A stretch of 64,000 nt of DNA, from assembly GCA_036172245.1 (NCBI GenBank), contig JAYWIR010000099.1, positions 1 through 64,000 of the forward strand. Direction: 5' to 3'. The notes under the pieces were generated by a model. That model was not told the origin of the DNA. It did not search any database and saw nothing but the letters and a program-made list of their open reading frames with translations. A program made the position numbers and the translations under genes. The DNA comes from Raillietiella orientalis (lineage: Eukaryota). Within the stretch, counting starts at the first letter, position 1. Each line of letters begins with the position of its first letter. Shown here in pieces: positions 13,224 through 25,470 of this stretch.

Positions 13224-14975
13224 ATGGCAGCCGTGCCAGAGGACACTGCGATGGATGTGGTTGTTGGGGAGGCAAGTCCTACCACAGGACCTACATCTAT
13301 GGGGGCAATAGTCCCTGGAACGTCTTCGCAGCCGGCGAAGACTTGGAGTGAAATGGTCGCCGCCCCCAGTGCGGAGGCCATGGCCAAGCAAGCCGCCTAT
13401 CGGGCCTCTGAATACAAGCCATCGCTTGTATACAAGGTAGGCCCTTTGTTTGAAGGAAACACGGCGCGCTCTTTCAGCAGAGCGCTACAAAATGCTAATG
13501 TCCGTGAGGAAGATCTGGACGGTCTGTGCGTGCTCAGCGGGGCACAGCGGGTTGAGCTGGTGTGCAAGAGCATCAGCCTAGCCGATCGCCTTATAAATAC
13601 CCCGCTGATCATGGACGGCCGTAAGATCTTCCCGGTGTCAATGGACCACTCGGTAGTGGTCCACTTGACAGGAATATCCAAGCGCATGACGCGCACTGCC
13701 GTAAAAGCAGAATTAAGTAAGTACGGGGACGTACACGCGCTGTGGCCGAAGCCCACAATCTTTGAGGGCTACGGACGCCACTTCGGGGGCCTCGCTGCGG
13801 CACGCGTAACCCCAAAATACGAAGCGAAGCTACCCCACAAACTTGAGGTCGCGGGAGAACCAGTAGACCTCTGGTATGCTGGCAAGCCACGGTATTGCGG
13901 CTACTGCGATGCGGTCGGACACATCCGTAAGAGGTGCCCGAACATCGTATGCTACTTGTGCGGGGAGAAGGGACACGTCCGTCGCGTGTGCCCTAAACGC
14001 CCCACCCCAATTTCCACGGCCGCCAAAAAGGCGCAAGCGAAACGCGCGGGGAAAGAAAAATTAGAAAACCGTGAAACTGGCCAAGAAAAGCTGCCAATAA
14101 CCCAAGCTTCAAGCGCGGCATCGGAGAAAAATCTTCCCGAAACCGCAGAGGGTGAACAGGGCTGGCAGCTAGTCAAAGTCAAAAAAGAAAAAAAGGACAA
14201 GCATGTCCCGAAGAAAGGAGAGAAGGCGGCGGCCGGAACAAAAGCTCAATCCGTGTCGCGCGTAAAAACTCTCCGAGAATGCACGGTTACGCTGGAGCGC
14301 ATTGACGTTCCCGCCGACACCACCGGAGGCGATACGGCTTCGATCGATTTTCCCGCCGCGACGAATGCGCGCGAAAACCCACCCCCCGTTTGCGAAGAGG
14401 GTCAGCCGGACGACAAAATCGCCGAAACCAAGGACGTAGCCTTCGAGAAGGCCGCCGAGGAGCTTGCGGCAACGCTTGCCGAACGCGAGAACCCTTCGCG
14501 AAAGGGGTTGCGTAGGCCGGCAGCGGCTAAATTGGCCCCCGCAGGTGAGTCGGACCGGGAGGCCGGAAGTGCATCCGCCTCTGCGGAAGCACCACCAAGG
14601 AAAGCGGGGCGAAAATCCCAGAAACCCCGAAGGTGCATTGCGCCTCCGCGCGAAGGAAATCCAATGGTGGAGGAACCAGTGGATGGCAGCGTGGGAGCCC
14701 AAGTCGGGCATCACCCACGTGCGGAAGCCGACGAGGAGGCGACTCCAATGGAGGAGGGTAACCAGGGGTCAGCAATGCCCTCTGAAACCGCCGAACCTGA
14801 ACCACCCGCAGCAATGGATGTGGGCCAACAGGTACGAGCAACACCCCCTTCGCACGAGCAGCCGGAGACGTCGGCACGAAAGAAGGATGAGGAGTTGGTG
14901 GGCAAGACGCCAACCCTGTCCAGCGACCCGCCCCAAAAGGTGGCGGGAGCTCCACCGCCAGGTTCCCAGGAATAA
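13224..14975 (+). CDS. Element C ORF1, nucleic-acid-binding protein (583 aa) with two CCHC zinc knuckles
   Basis: Uninterrupted from ATG 13224 to TAA 14975. CGYCDAVGHIRKRC and CYLCGEKGHVRRVC follow an RRM-like region; basic and low-complexity tail. Confidence 0.88.
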   Translation: MAAVPEDTAMDVVVGEASPTTGPTSMGAIVPGTSSQPAKTWSEMVAAPSAEAMAKQAAYRASEYKPSLVYKVGPLFEGNTARSFSRALQNANVREEDLDGLCVLSGAQRVELVCKSISLADRLINTPLIMDGRKIFPVSMDHSVVVHLTGISKRMTRTAVKAELSKYGDVHALWPKPTIFEGYGRHFGGLAAARVTPKYEAKLPHKLEVAGEPVDLWYAGKPRYCGYCDAVGHIRKRCPNIVCYLCGEKGHVRRVCPKRPTPISTAAKKAQAKRAGKEKLENRETGQEKLPITQASSAASEKNLPETAEGEQGWQLVKVKKEKKDKHVPKKGEKAAAGTKAQSVSRVKTLRECTVTLERIDVPADTTGGDTASIDFPAATNARENPPPVCEEGQPDDKIAETKDVAFEKAAEELAATLAERENPSRKGLRRPAAAKLAPAGESDREAGSASASAEAPPRKAGRKSQKPRRCIAPPREGNPMVEEPVDGSVGAQVGHHPRAEADEEATPMEEGNQGSAMPSETAEPEPPAAMDVGQQVRATPPSHEQPETSARKKDEELVGKTPTLSSDPPQKVAGAPPPGSQE

Positions 14976-17565
14976 AACCTGGACTCGCATGTCGCCGTCG
15001 GATCCGCGCGGCCAGTTGGAATGTTAACGGGCTGCGCGACGACGGAAACAGACGAGATACAGCCGCCACCTTGCGAGATTTCGACCTGGTACTTTTGCAG
15101 GAGATCCACGTTATCACCGCAAAAGACGCCCAGGAGATCGAAACGATTGCGGGAGGGCGGTTGTACTGGCGATGCGGCGCCCGCAACACTTGTGGGGTCG
15201 CGTTCTTCCTAAAGCCAGCCATTAACGCGGCCGTGAAGGGCGTGCGCTTTGGGGACGACGGACGGATCGGCCAACTGATTCTCAGATGGTCCGATTCGAT
15301 CGACCACATCGTCACCAATGTGTACGCTCCTAGCGGTAAACAGGGATACCAGCAGCGCAACGCGTTACTGGAAACCTTGAAGCGCGAATGGCTGGTGGAC
15401 GCGGACGTGCGAAAGGCGCATCTCATAGCAGGGGATTCCAACGTCCGTCTGCTCTCAGATCAGCCCGGAGCACAGGGTAACGCGATCAACGAGTTGTGCG
15501 CCGCCATGCGCGCGCGCAACTTGTTGACAGAAATATGCGGGATGGTCAGCAGCGTGGACCACGTCTTCCTCGACGAAGACCTGTGCACACGGGTCGGAAA
15601 ACGAGGGACACTTGGATCGACGCTGTCGGACCATTCCCGGTTAGTATTCGAGATGCGCTCGCGCGACAAGGGACCGCCATCCAGGGATTGGCGTATGCCA
15701 GGGGACTGGACGCGCCTGTCAGGAGCGAAAGAACATCTTCGCGAATTCCTGCGAGGCGTCAGCTCTTGCTGGCGGAACGCGATAATCTCAATTACTTTCA
15801 GTGGACAAAAGGTGTATGGCGTGCCGGTACGGCGGGGCATAAGGCAGGGCGACAGCCTCAGCCCCCTGCTTTTTAGCACCTACGCTGAGTTGGTGCTGAA
15901 AGCGTACAGGGTGACTTTGGCCCCCTTGCCGAGCTCGTGCCCCGGCACGCCAGCCGTAGCGGCGTATGCCGACGATCTTCTGCTCCTCTTACCTATGTCC
16001 ACCCCGGCTAAGGCGGTCGGAGGTTTCTTCGACCTGTTTAGCCGTGGGGCCGGATTACAGGTTAACAGGGCGAAGTCGTCAGTGTTGCCAGTTGCAGCGA
16101 CGTGGGCAGGGCAGCAGGACTGGGTCCGTCTGGGTATCCCTACGGTGAGGTGCATCAAGTACCTCGGTGTGCCGTTGGGGGACTTCTCCCCTGAGGAAGC
16201 GTGGTCCAGCTGCCTCCAAAAAGTCGAGACGGCGATCGGCCCGTTCCTGGAAGGCAAGTTTCACTTGCCGCAACGGGCCGCGGTTTGGAAGGCCTTCGCG
16301 GCCCCCATCCTCCGCTCCTTGCTTTTTGTTTGCCCGCCCCCGTGGAATCGAAAAAGCGGACTAAGGACCTCCTCCGCATAGCTCTTTGGGGCAAGGGGAG
16401 GCGCCGATTCCCTTTGAAGGACTTGTGCGCTCCGCGTCGGGACGGCGGTCTCAGCATCCTGACGCTGGAGCGCGTGGAAATCCAGCTGCGATGGCGGACC
16501 CTCGCCATCGCAGCGAAGATGTGGAGCACCGCTTGGTGCATTCCGGCCCGCCTCCTGGCCAGGCGTGTGTCTCGCTGCGAAGGACTCGCATCGTTTCTTC
16601 TGTGCCCTGGCCGGAAGATTCGAAGATGCGGTCTAATGCTCGGCCGCATGGCAACCCTGGCAAAGGAGAACTACTGGATGGTTTGTGGCCCTGCCAACTC
16701 CTCCGTTTGGCTGGAAGAGACTGCTGGCACCTGGGCTAAGCAGAACCAAAGGTGCGAAGACCGGATGAACTGTCTGCGAGTCGGCTTATACGCCCGTCGC
16801 ACTCTCCGTGAAATTCTTGAATTTCCACCGAGTTGCACGTGGGCGGAAGGCACACCCCTTGTTACGGCGATGCCCTTCCTCCAAAGGGCGCTTCACGGAA
16901 GCCAGAAGCCAAGGTGGCAAGTCTGCTGCAGTATCGCAGGCAGAGAGAAGATGATGAGCGGCTGGACCATGGGAGAGTTGACAGATGCAACGACCCCTAG
17001 TCTCCAGCCGCGTGGATTAAGAAGATGGGGCGAGATGCTCGGCATTCGATTGGATAACCTGAGGTGGCCCCCGGTTGTACTTGAATCCAGGATTCTCCCC
17101 CTGAAGTGGCAAGAATCGGCGCTTCTGTGGCTGCATTGGGGTCTACTCTGCAACGCGCGCCGCTTCCACTGGACGCGGGGAAGAGTAAATCCTGCGTGTG
17201 CCAGGTGTGGGGAGCGGGAGTCGCTCCCCCACCTCTTAGTTGAATGCCCTGCCGTCCAGATTCTTTGGGATCGTCTGAAAACGGCCCTCCGGATACCGGA
17301 TGGCGGCAATGTTGAATGTATCTTCAGTCTTGTCTTCGTGCGGGACGCTCTCAGTCCAGCCGCAGCCCTGGCAGCACTTTGCTGCATTCGTGGTATCGTG
17401 GCGGCGTGGAGTGATGCCGAAGATGAAGACTGCATCGTGAGGGACGTCATCGAGTATGCTTTGCGCTTCCTGCAGAGAGCTACCCGATGGCCCCATCTAG
17501 GAAAGCTGAAAATGGAACTAGAAGGCATCCTGCAAAGGATGGGCGCTCCCAGCAGTTTTCTGTGA
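14972..17565 (+). pseudogene. Element C ORF2: endonuclease fused in frame to the RT C-half, frameshift near 16340
   Basis: SWNVNG..LLQE..SDH..HLREFLRGV runs directly into SSCWRNA..GIRQGDSLSP..YADD; CARC..HLLVEC near the end. Confidence 0.88.
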
Positions 17566-19174
17566 TCCCTTCCCGGCCCTCCAAACTTTTTTTTTGTGGT
17601 TTGTTCTTCTATTTTATTTTATTTTTGTTTTTTCCCCGATCCCCCTCCACTGCCGAGGAGAGCCACACCGGTCTGCGTCCCGGTGTCCCTTCAGTTCCGG
17701 CATTCCGTGGCCGTCAGTGGGGCCTTGTACCACGTTCTGTATTGACCGTTGAAATGTTTTTGATAAACGTCCCGGCGTATCCGGGTGGCATCGCCGAAAC
17801 CTGGAGGGAGACGGTTCACGGGAAACTCGTCGCAGAACTCGCGGACTGAGCTCTCCAAATCGTCCCAGTCCGCGAGCGACTGCAGATGGAAGCCTTGCAG
17901 GAACGAGCGAAGATGTTGCGCTGCTCCTGCAAGGCGCAACCAGTCCCCTGGCAAACGCCACGCTTTGGAGGGTGGACCTCTACCGCGCTGGTGTATTTCT
18001 AGCGCGAGCTGGGGATGGTCGGAAAGTTCGGATGGCACTGCCCCTCGATTTCCCACCCGCGAACACAGGTGGTTGTCGAGGAACATGTGGTCGATCCTCG
18101 TGTCCGTCCCGGCGTCACCGGCCAACAAGTTGCGCGAGTGCATGGCAGCGCACATCTCGTAGACCAGCTGTGCAAGAATGTCGGGCGCACCTGCCAGCAG
18201 GCGGACGTTAAAGTCCCCGGAAATGAAGTGCGCCTTTCGCATGTCTGCTTGGGCGAGCCAATCTCGTCGCAGGCCTTCAAAAAACGCAGTGCGTTCCCCG
18301 CGCCTGTGGGTCGTGCCGGGCGCGTACACGTTGGTCACGACGAGGTCGATCGCGTCGGACCACTTGGCAACAAGCTGCCCGATTTGAGCTTCCCCGTCGA
18401 AGTGCACGTCGCGCAGCGCGTTAACGACGGCTGGCTTCAGCATGAAAGCCACACCGCGGGTGCGGTCTCTCCCGTTCTTGTATATGAGCCGCCCGCTTGC
18501 GATCCGTTCGATTTCCTGAGCCTCCCCTGCGTGGAGAACGTGCGTCTCCTGCAGAAGCGCCAGGTCGAAGTCCCGCAGGCTGGCGGCCACTTCTCTCCTC
18601 TTGCCGTCGTCGCGCATCCCGTTGACGTTCCAACAGATTACGCGCAGTCGCCGGCAGGAGGAGAGTCCACGCGTTGGTGTGTTTATTGTGCTTGCTTACC
18701 GCCCTCCGCCTGCTATTCAGCAGGCGGGAGTTGTGTATCCATTGCGACGGGCTGTTGCTCGCAAGGAGGCGGTCCGTTGGTGGTTGTTGTGGTGGTTGGA
18801 GGATCCTGCTTGGCCAGGGACGTCTCCGGCGAGGAGTCGCGAGACCTCGCGGACATCGCCTCCCCGTCGTCGTGGTCCGACCGCATTTCCAAATCCGCCG
18901 GTGAAGGTGCGGAGCGCCGCGAGTTGCCTACCTTGCGGCCCGCTTTGCGCTTCGGGAGAGCGACAGCCGGAGCGTTGCCGGCTTCGGCTTCGGACTCGGA
19001 AGTCTCCGGTCCATTCGCCTCAGCCGGACGCCTCAAGGCCTTCTTCTGGGCCTTGGGAGGCTGCTGGAGCATGGCTGCCAACTATTCCGCCGCCTTGTTG
19101 AAGTCCCGGTCGTCGCTGCTCACGCTTGTCTCGCGACTTTGTCGCGGCGTCGGCGTTCGCGCGGCGGCGGGTTG

Positions 19175-22100
19175 TTCACACCCGGATGTGCCGGGGCATT
19201 TATTTCATAGTAATAAAATTACAGAAAAATGTCGCGTGGCGAAGCCGAAGGTTCACCACTCCAAAACAGCTTGCTGGTTACCGGCTCCGTGCCGGAGAGG
19301 TCCTTCCGATGCGCGGGGATGGGAAATAAAGAAAAACAAAAAGAAACAAAAAGTTCAAATGTGGGGAGGAACAAATGTTGTATGGGTGGGAGGGCGGGGA
19401 AGCGATCACGGTGCGCGTGGAGAGGTCCTCTAGATCCTAATCAGGATCCGCACAAGCTGAGTCCTTTCAGCACCCAAGTGGCGCCACTTGCAGACACTGC
19501 GCGGGAAAAGGCGAGTGCAGTGTAAGGCGTTGCCGGTTGGCTGACGCCTTCTTCTGGTGGCGTTCCAGGCCGTCACTATTCCTCTGATGCAGCAGAGGAC
19601 TGCTACACTAGCGGGCGGGGACAAGGCGTCACTACAGAAGAGGCGCCTGAAAACGTCCTTTGGGCCGCATCCGCGCAAGTCCAGGATCGCCGCGAGACGA
19701 TCCCACAAAGGGCGGAGGGCGCTACACTCAAGGAAAAGGTGGGAAAATGTTTGTTTTTCCCCACACCGGTCACAATTGGAATCCACATCCCCCCATGTGG
19801 TGTGGTGCAGGCGTGCTTTAAATGGTAATCCCCAGAGTACCACAAGAAACGCCACATCCTGCCATTTCAGGGGGAGGCGTGCACTGTTCCAGGACGCTGG
19901 GGGCCACTTCATCTCCTCCGGAGATAGTCCGAGTAGCTCGCCCCAGCGTCGAATTCCGTTAGGCGGGACACTCGGCGTCGCAGCGTCAGCTAGCTGCCGA
20001 GATGTCCACGCCTTTATCGATTGTGTCCTGCCGCCTATAGTGCAGGACACGGTCCATTTCCCCTGCTCGCTACTGTCCCTGGCATTCACAAGGAAGGGCA
20101 GCACTGGGGCGAGGGGGGTTATCAAGGCCCACAGAAGCTTGTCGTGGGACTGCACGATCTCCTGCAGCGTCCAGCGGGCGTGCCTTTTCATACAAGTGTT
20201 CCTTGTGCCCGCCGGAACGTGGAACTTTACCCAGGTGGAGACTGACTCGTGCAACCAGGCGGAGTAGTTCCCTGGGAGGCAGGAGATACAGGCGTTCTCC
20301 CGAACCGCAACAAAGATGCGTCGCAGCATAGAGCCACAGTATGGTCTTCTGCAGACGCGCGCAGACAGAAATGACAAAAGTCCGCCGATTCCGCAGGCTC
20401 GTTGGGCCAGGAGGCGTGCTGGAACGCACCAAGGCGTGTCCCACAATTCTGCCGCAAGGGCGAGAGTCCTGAATCGAAGTTGTAGTTCCATGCGCTCCAG
20501 CGTAAGTACGCCAAGTCCACCGTAATTACGTGGAGCGCACAAGTCTTTGAGCCTCACATGGGACCTCCCTTTGCCCCAAAGGACTGTCCTCAGGAGGCCC
20601 GCTGCTCGTTTCCGAATAAAATAAGGAGCGGGGCAAACAAAAAGTAGGGGGCGAAGGAGGGGAGCCGCAAACGCGTTCCACACCGCGGCCCGTTCCTGCA
20701 AGTAGAACTTGCCTTCTTGGAACGGACCGATCGCCAACGCTGCCTTTTGGAGACGGTCGGACCAGGCTTCTGCTGCGCAGAAGTCCCCCAACGGTACGCC
20801 GAGGTACTTGAAGCACCTGCCCGTGGGGATCCCCAAGCGGATCTAGTCCGACCGTCCAGCCCACGCCGAAACGACGAAAACCATGGACGACTTCGCCCTG
20901 TTCACCTCCAGGCCCGTCCCGCGGCGCAGCAACTCGAAGAAATCCTCGAGCGCACTCGCCGGGGTGGACCCGGGAAGCAGCAGCAGAAGATCGTCTGCAT
21001 AGGCCGACACGGCAGGCGTGCCGGCACACGAGCTCGGCAGGGCTGCCAGAGTTACCCTGTATGCCCTAAGCACCAACTCGAAGCAGATGCTGAAGAGCAA
21101 GGGGCTCAGGCTGTCACCCTGCCGTATGCCGCGGCGTACGGGCACGCCGTACACGTGCCGGCCGCTGAAACCGATATTGATTGACGCGTTGCGCCAGCAG
21201 GAGCGGAGGTAAGATTGGAGCACGGCAGGGAAACCCATGTATTCCAGGAGCTCCAGAAGGAGATCCTGGTCGACGCAGTCGAATGCTTTGTGCAAATCGA
21301 CCGCGACGGCAAAGGCTCCCCTTGAGTCCATCCCACCCTCTGCCCGATCTTCTTGGTCAGAGGGGGGCGCGAGGCTCCCTTGACCGTCCTGTGCAACGCG
21401 TTGTCGCAACTGCCACCATGAGCTGGCGAGGAGCAGGTTGGCCTCCATGGTTCGTCCGGGAACAGCATAGGTCTGCTCGGGACTGACCACGGAAGCGGCC
21501 ACCCGCCCCAAACGCTCAGCCCACAACTTGGCATACAACTTTGCGTCCGCATTCACTACTGTGATGGGACGCCAGTTGGTAATGTTGCGTAAGTCTCCTG
21601 ACTTCGGCAGGAGACGTACTTTATCTGACCGGAACGAGGCGGGAACTTCGCCGTGTTCACGGATCAGCGCACTTAACCTGAGCACCAGGGGGGCCAGCTC
21701 TGACGCGAAGCGATGGTAAAACTCCGCGGGCCGGCCGTCCTCCCCTGGTGCCTTCCCTCTCTTGAGCCTGTTGATGGCGGAGATGATCTCCGCCATCGTG
21801 AACGGTTCCGCCAATCTGGAACGGTCCTCCTCCTTGAGCGCGGAAGCGCCATCCGGCAGCAGGCGCTGCGCAAAATGGCGCTCAGGTGTTAGTGGCGCGT
21901 ACAAGGAGGAATAAAACTCCCGCACGATGCGGCTTACCTGGGCTGGACCAGCTCTCTTGGCCCTGATGATCCAGCAGGCAGGCCGAGCCTGACTGCCAGG
22001 TCTGCCTCCGCCTCAGCCTTGAATTCAGCCAGGCGACGGACGTCGGGACGCCGGGAATAACGGCGCGCCTGGAGGTACGCCCGCTCGTTCCTGACACCCT

Positions 22101-22925
22101 CACCGAAGCCCGGCGGAAGACGTTCCAGGGGAAACTGGTCGCAAAACTCACGGAGTGAGCACTTCATTTCGTCCCAGTCCGCGAGCGTCTGAAGCTGGAA
22201 TCCTCGCAGGAAACAGCGTGAATGTTCCGCCGCTCCTGCGAGGCGCAACCAATCCCCTGGCAGGTGCCATGTTTTCAGGGGAGGGCCCTTATTGCGCGGA
22301 TGTAACTCGAGCACGAGCCGTGGATGGTCGGACAGCTCTGCCGGGAGCGTTCCTCGAGTTCCCACCCGCGTGCACAGGTGGTTGTCGAGGAACATGTGGT
22401 CGATGTTCCGATCTCTCCCGGCATCGCCGGCCAACAAGTTGCGCGCATGCGTGGCTGCGCACAACTCGTTGACCAGCTGTGCTCGTCCGCTGGGCGCACC
22501 TGCCAGCAGGCGGAGATTGAAATCGCCCGCAATGAGGTGCGCCCTTCGCACGCCTGCTTCGGCCAACCAGTCTCGCCGCAAGGTTTCGAAGAACGCAGTG
22601 CGTTCCTCGGCCCTGTGCCTGCTCACCGGAGCGTACAGGTTCGTGACTACGACGTCGATCGAGTCGCACCACTTGAACACAAGCTGCGCAACTCGACCAT
22701 CCCCGTCGAACCGTGCACAGCGCAGTGAGTTGTCGACGGTTGGCTTTAGCAGAAAGGCCACTCCGCAGGATTTGTCCGTTCCGTTCCTCCACAGAAGCCG
22801 CCCTCCCGCGATTCTTTCGATTTCCTGGACATCTCCCGGTCGGAGAACGTGCGTCTCTTGCAGGAGCACCAGGTCGAAATCTCGCAGTATGGCGGCTACA
22901 TCTCGCCTCTTTCCGTCGTCGCGGA
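19175..22925 (-). mobile_element. LINE D (near-complete ORF2, no ORF1)
   Basis: Endonuclease (DLVLLQETH, GDFN, SDH), RT 20843-21925 with YADD, C-terminus 19430-20836; hairpin 19181-19195 with AATAAA at 19199-19204 on the minus strand. Confidence 0.92.
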
Positions 22926-22940
22926 ACCAAGAACGATGAA

Positions 22941-25470
22941 CCGAGAACAATGGGACGTCCGCAAATCGTTCCGGTCCGCTATAGTACGTCTCCTGCCGAA
23001 AGGAGGAGACAATCGCAACGTAGGCAACTGGCGTCCCATCACAGTAGTGAATGCGGATGCAAACTTGCTTGCCAAGCTTTCGGCTGAGCGACTGGGACGG
23101 GTGGCGGAATCCGTGGTGAGTCCGGAGCAGACATACGCTGTTCCCGGACGAAGCATGGAGGCCAACCTGTTCCTCGCCAGTACATGGTGGCAGTTGCAAC
23201 AAAGCGAAGACCAGGTAGGTCAAGAGAATCCTGGAATCTCCTCTGACCAGGGAGGGGACGCCCTTCATGAAAGAGCCGCGCCCGGTGCCCTTGCGGTCGC
23301 AGTCGATCTGCGTAAAGCGTTCGATTGCGTCGACCAGAAACTCCTTCTGGAGCTCCTGGAACGCTTGGGATTCCCGGCCGTCTCCCGGGCTTACCTGCGC
23401 TCCTGCTGGCGCTTCGCTCTAATAAACATCGCTTTTAGAGGCCGGCACGTGTACGGCGTGCCGGTTCGGCGTAGCATAAGGCAGGGTGACAGTCTGAGCC
23501 CCATGCTTTTCAGCATCTACTTCGAACTGGTGCTGAGGGCATACAGCGAGACTCTGGCAACCCTGCCAAGCTCGTGTCCCGGCACGCATGCCGTGTCGGC
23601 CTACGCCGACGACCTTCTGCTCCTGCTCCCCGGGTCCACCCCGGCGTCGGCGCTCGAAGATTTCTTTGAGTTGCTGCGCCGCGGCACGGGCCTCGAGGTG
23701 AACAGAGAGAAATCTTCCATCGTTCCAACATCACCACTACTTTTTAACAATACGGAGTGGGCCGGACGGCCGGACTGGATCCGCTTGGGGATCTCCACGG
23801 GCATATGCTTCAAGTACCTTGGCGTTCCGTTGGGGGACTTCTGCGTTGCAGAAGCCTGGTCCGACCGTCTCCAAAAGGTGGAGTTGGTGATCGGCCCGTT
23901 CCGGAACGGCAAGTTTTATTTGCAGGAGCGAGCCGCGGTGTGGAACGCGTTTGCAACCCCCCTCCTTCTCCCCTTACTTTTTGTTTGCCCCCCCCTCTTA
24001 TCATACAGATACGGACCAAAGCCCTCTTGAGGACTTCCCTTTGGGGCACAGCGAGGTCGGGAGTCCGATTGAAAGACTTGTGCGCTCCACGCAGGGATGG
24101 TGGCTTGGGCCTCCTTACGTTGGAGCGCATCCAAATACAGACAACACTTCGGAAGTTAGCCCTTGCGGCTAGCTTATGGATGACGCCATGGTGCGATCCT
24201 GCACGGCTCCTCGCCAGAAGAGCGACCGGCTGCGAAGGATTGTCCTCGATCCTCGTGGCCTACCAGCGCAGCCTCTCCAACTGTGGCCTTAATTTGCGCC
24301 AGATGATCACCCTGATGAGGGAGAATACCTGGATCTCCTGCCTCTCCGCGAACTGGACTGCCTGGCTTCAGGAGTCAGCTTCCGCGTGGGCTAAGATCGA
24401 CGGCACGAGCGACGCGGAATACAACTGCCTACGACGAGGACCGTACGCTCGACAGCCGCTGCAGGAGATTATCAACACGCCCCGGAAGTTTCTGTGGGCT
24501 TCTTTCAGTCCCCTTGCCTTCGTTCTGTCCTTTCTGAAAAACAGTAGGAGCAGCAACGAGCTGGCATCGTGGGAAGTGTCCTGCCTCATCCGAAGCAGGA
24601 AAAAACCTTTACAGGCGTGGACGACTCGGAAGCTCACGGACGCTGCCACCCCGAGCGTCCCGCCTCACGGACTTGCGCGCTGGGGGGAGCTGCAAGCAAT
24701 ACCTCCGGAGGAGAAGTGGTCCTCAACGTGTTCGGATTGCGGCACCCTTCCGTTGAAGTGGCAGGAGACGGCGTTGCTATTTCTGCACTGGGGACTGTTA
24801 AGCAGAGCACGCCTGTCTCCTGGACACTGGGGAATGTGGATGCCCGCTGTGTCGAGTGGGGAGAAAGAGAAACCTTCCCGCATCTCACCCTCGAGTGTGT
24901 CGCCCTGGATGGACTCTAGTGTAGAGTCGCCCCAATCCTCCATCTTCCAGTAGGCGACCCTAAGGAAATTTACCGTCGCCTCTTTCTGCGTGACGGCTTG
25001 CGCCCTTCTGCGTCTCTAGCAGTCCTCTGCTGCGTGCGCGGCATTGTGCAAAGGTGGCACGCCAGAAGAAGAGGACCAAGATGCAGGGACGACATCCACT
25101 GGACGACGATCTCTTTAGAGACGGCGACAAGGTGGCGTCTACCTTTCACAATGAAAACCGAACTTGACTGCATCCGTAACAGAATGCGGAGGACCGACCC
25201 AGGCGCCCAGTGATCCCTTCCCTTACCCCTTCTCTTCCCATACAACTGTTTCCCTCCCCGTTATCTCTCTTTTTGTTTGTTTTTGTTGTAGTTTTCCCTT
25301 GCTATGCGCCTCGGGAATGGACCTAACCGGTCTATGCACCGGCAACCGACACGTCGAGCAAGGTGAGAGAACCCAGTGTTTTTCCCACAGAAAACATCTT
25401 TTTAAAGAATTTATTATCTAATTTTTGTAAAAAATTTGAATAATAAATTCCACGGGATATCCGGTTGGCA
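22941..25470 (+). mobile_element. LINE B2, 5'-truncated copy of family B
   Basis: Closely matches the reverse complement of B1 10134-12665. RT with YADD; ORF2 stop 25213; AATAAA 25442-25447 plus degenerate hairpin. Confidence 0.92.

Larger units (their letters stand above)
13116..17790 (+). mobile_element. LINE C with both ends present, 9-bp TSD and an internal ORF2 deletion
   Basis: TSD TCGCCGAAA at 13107-13115 and 17791-17799; open ORF1; terminal hairpin CCCGG-CGTAT-CCGGG 17771-17785. Confidence 0.93.
10134..19174 (-). mobile_element. LINE B1, split by element C (pieces 10134-13115 and 17791-19174)
   Basis: ORF2 reads through NRLPPGFG|EGLRND once C is removed. Endonuclease about 17800-18640, RT 11957-12907, C-terminus 10388-11935, 3' hairpin 10139-10153, ORF1 C-terminus 18683-19174. 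Confidence 0.9.

Noticed and set aside
15755..15770. Element C deletion as a spliced-out intron
   Set aside because: Comparison with C' puts the breakpoint after GGCGTCA, so the deleted segment does not begin with GT.
18015..19433. 472-aa plus-strand ORF, and similar shadows such as 42590-43768(-)
   Set aside because: Antisense to GC-rich LINE coding sequence, with no motifs of their own.
21934..24030. ORFs 21934-23268(-) and 22849-24030(+) as genes with unusual N-termini
   Set aside because: Both read through the D/B2 head-to-head junction; their N-termini are antisense LINE sequence.
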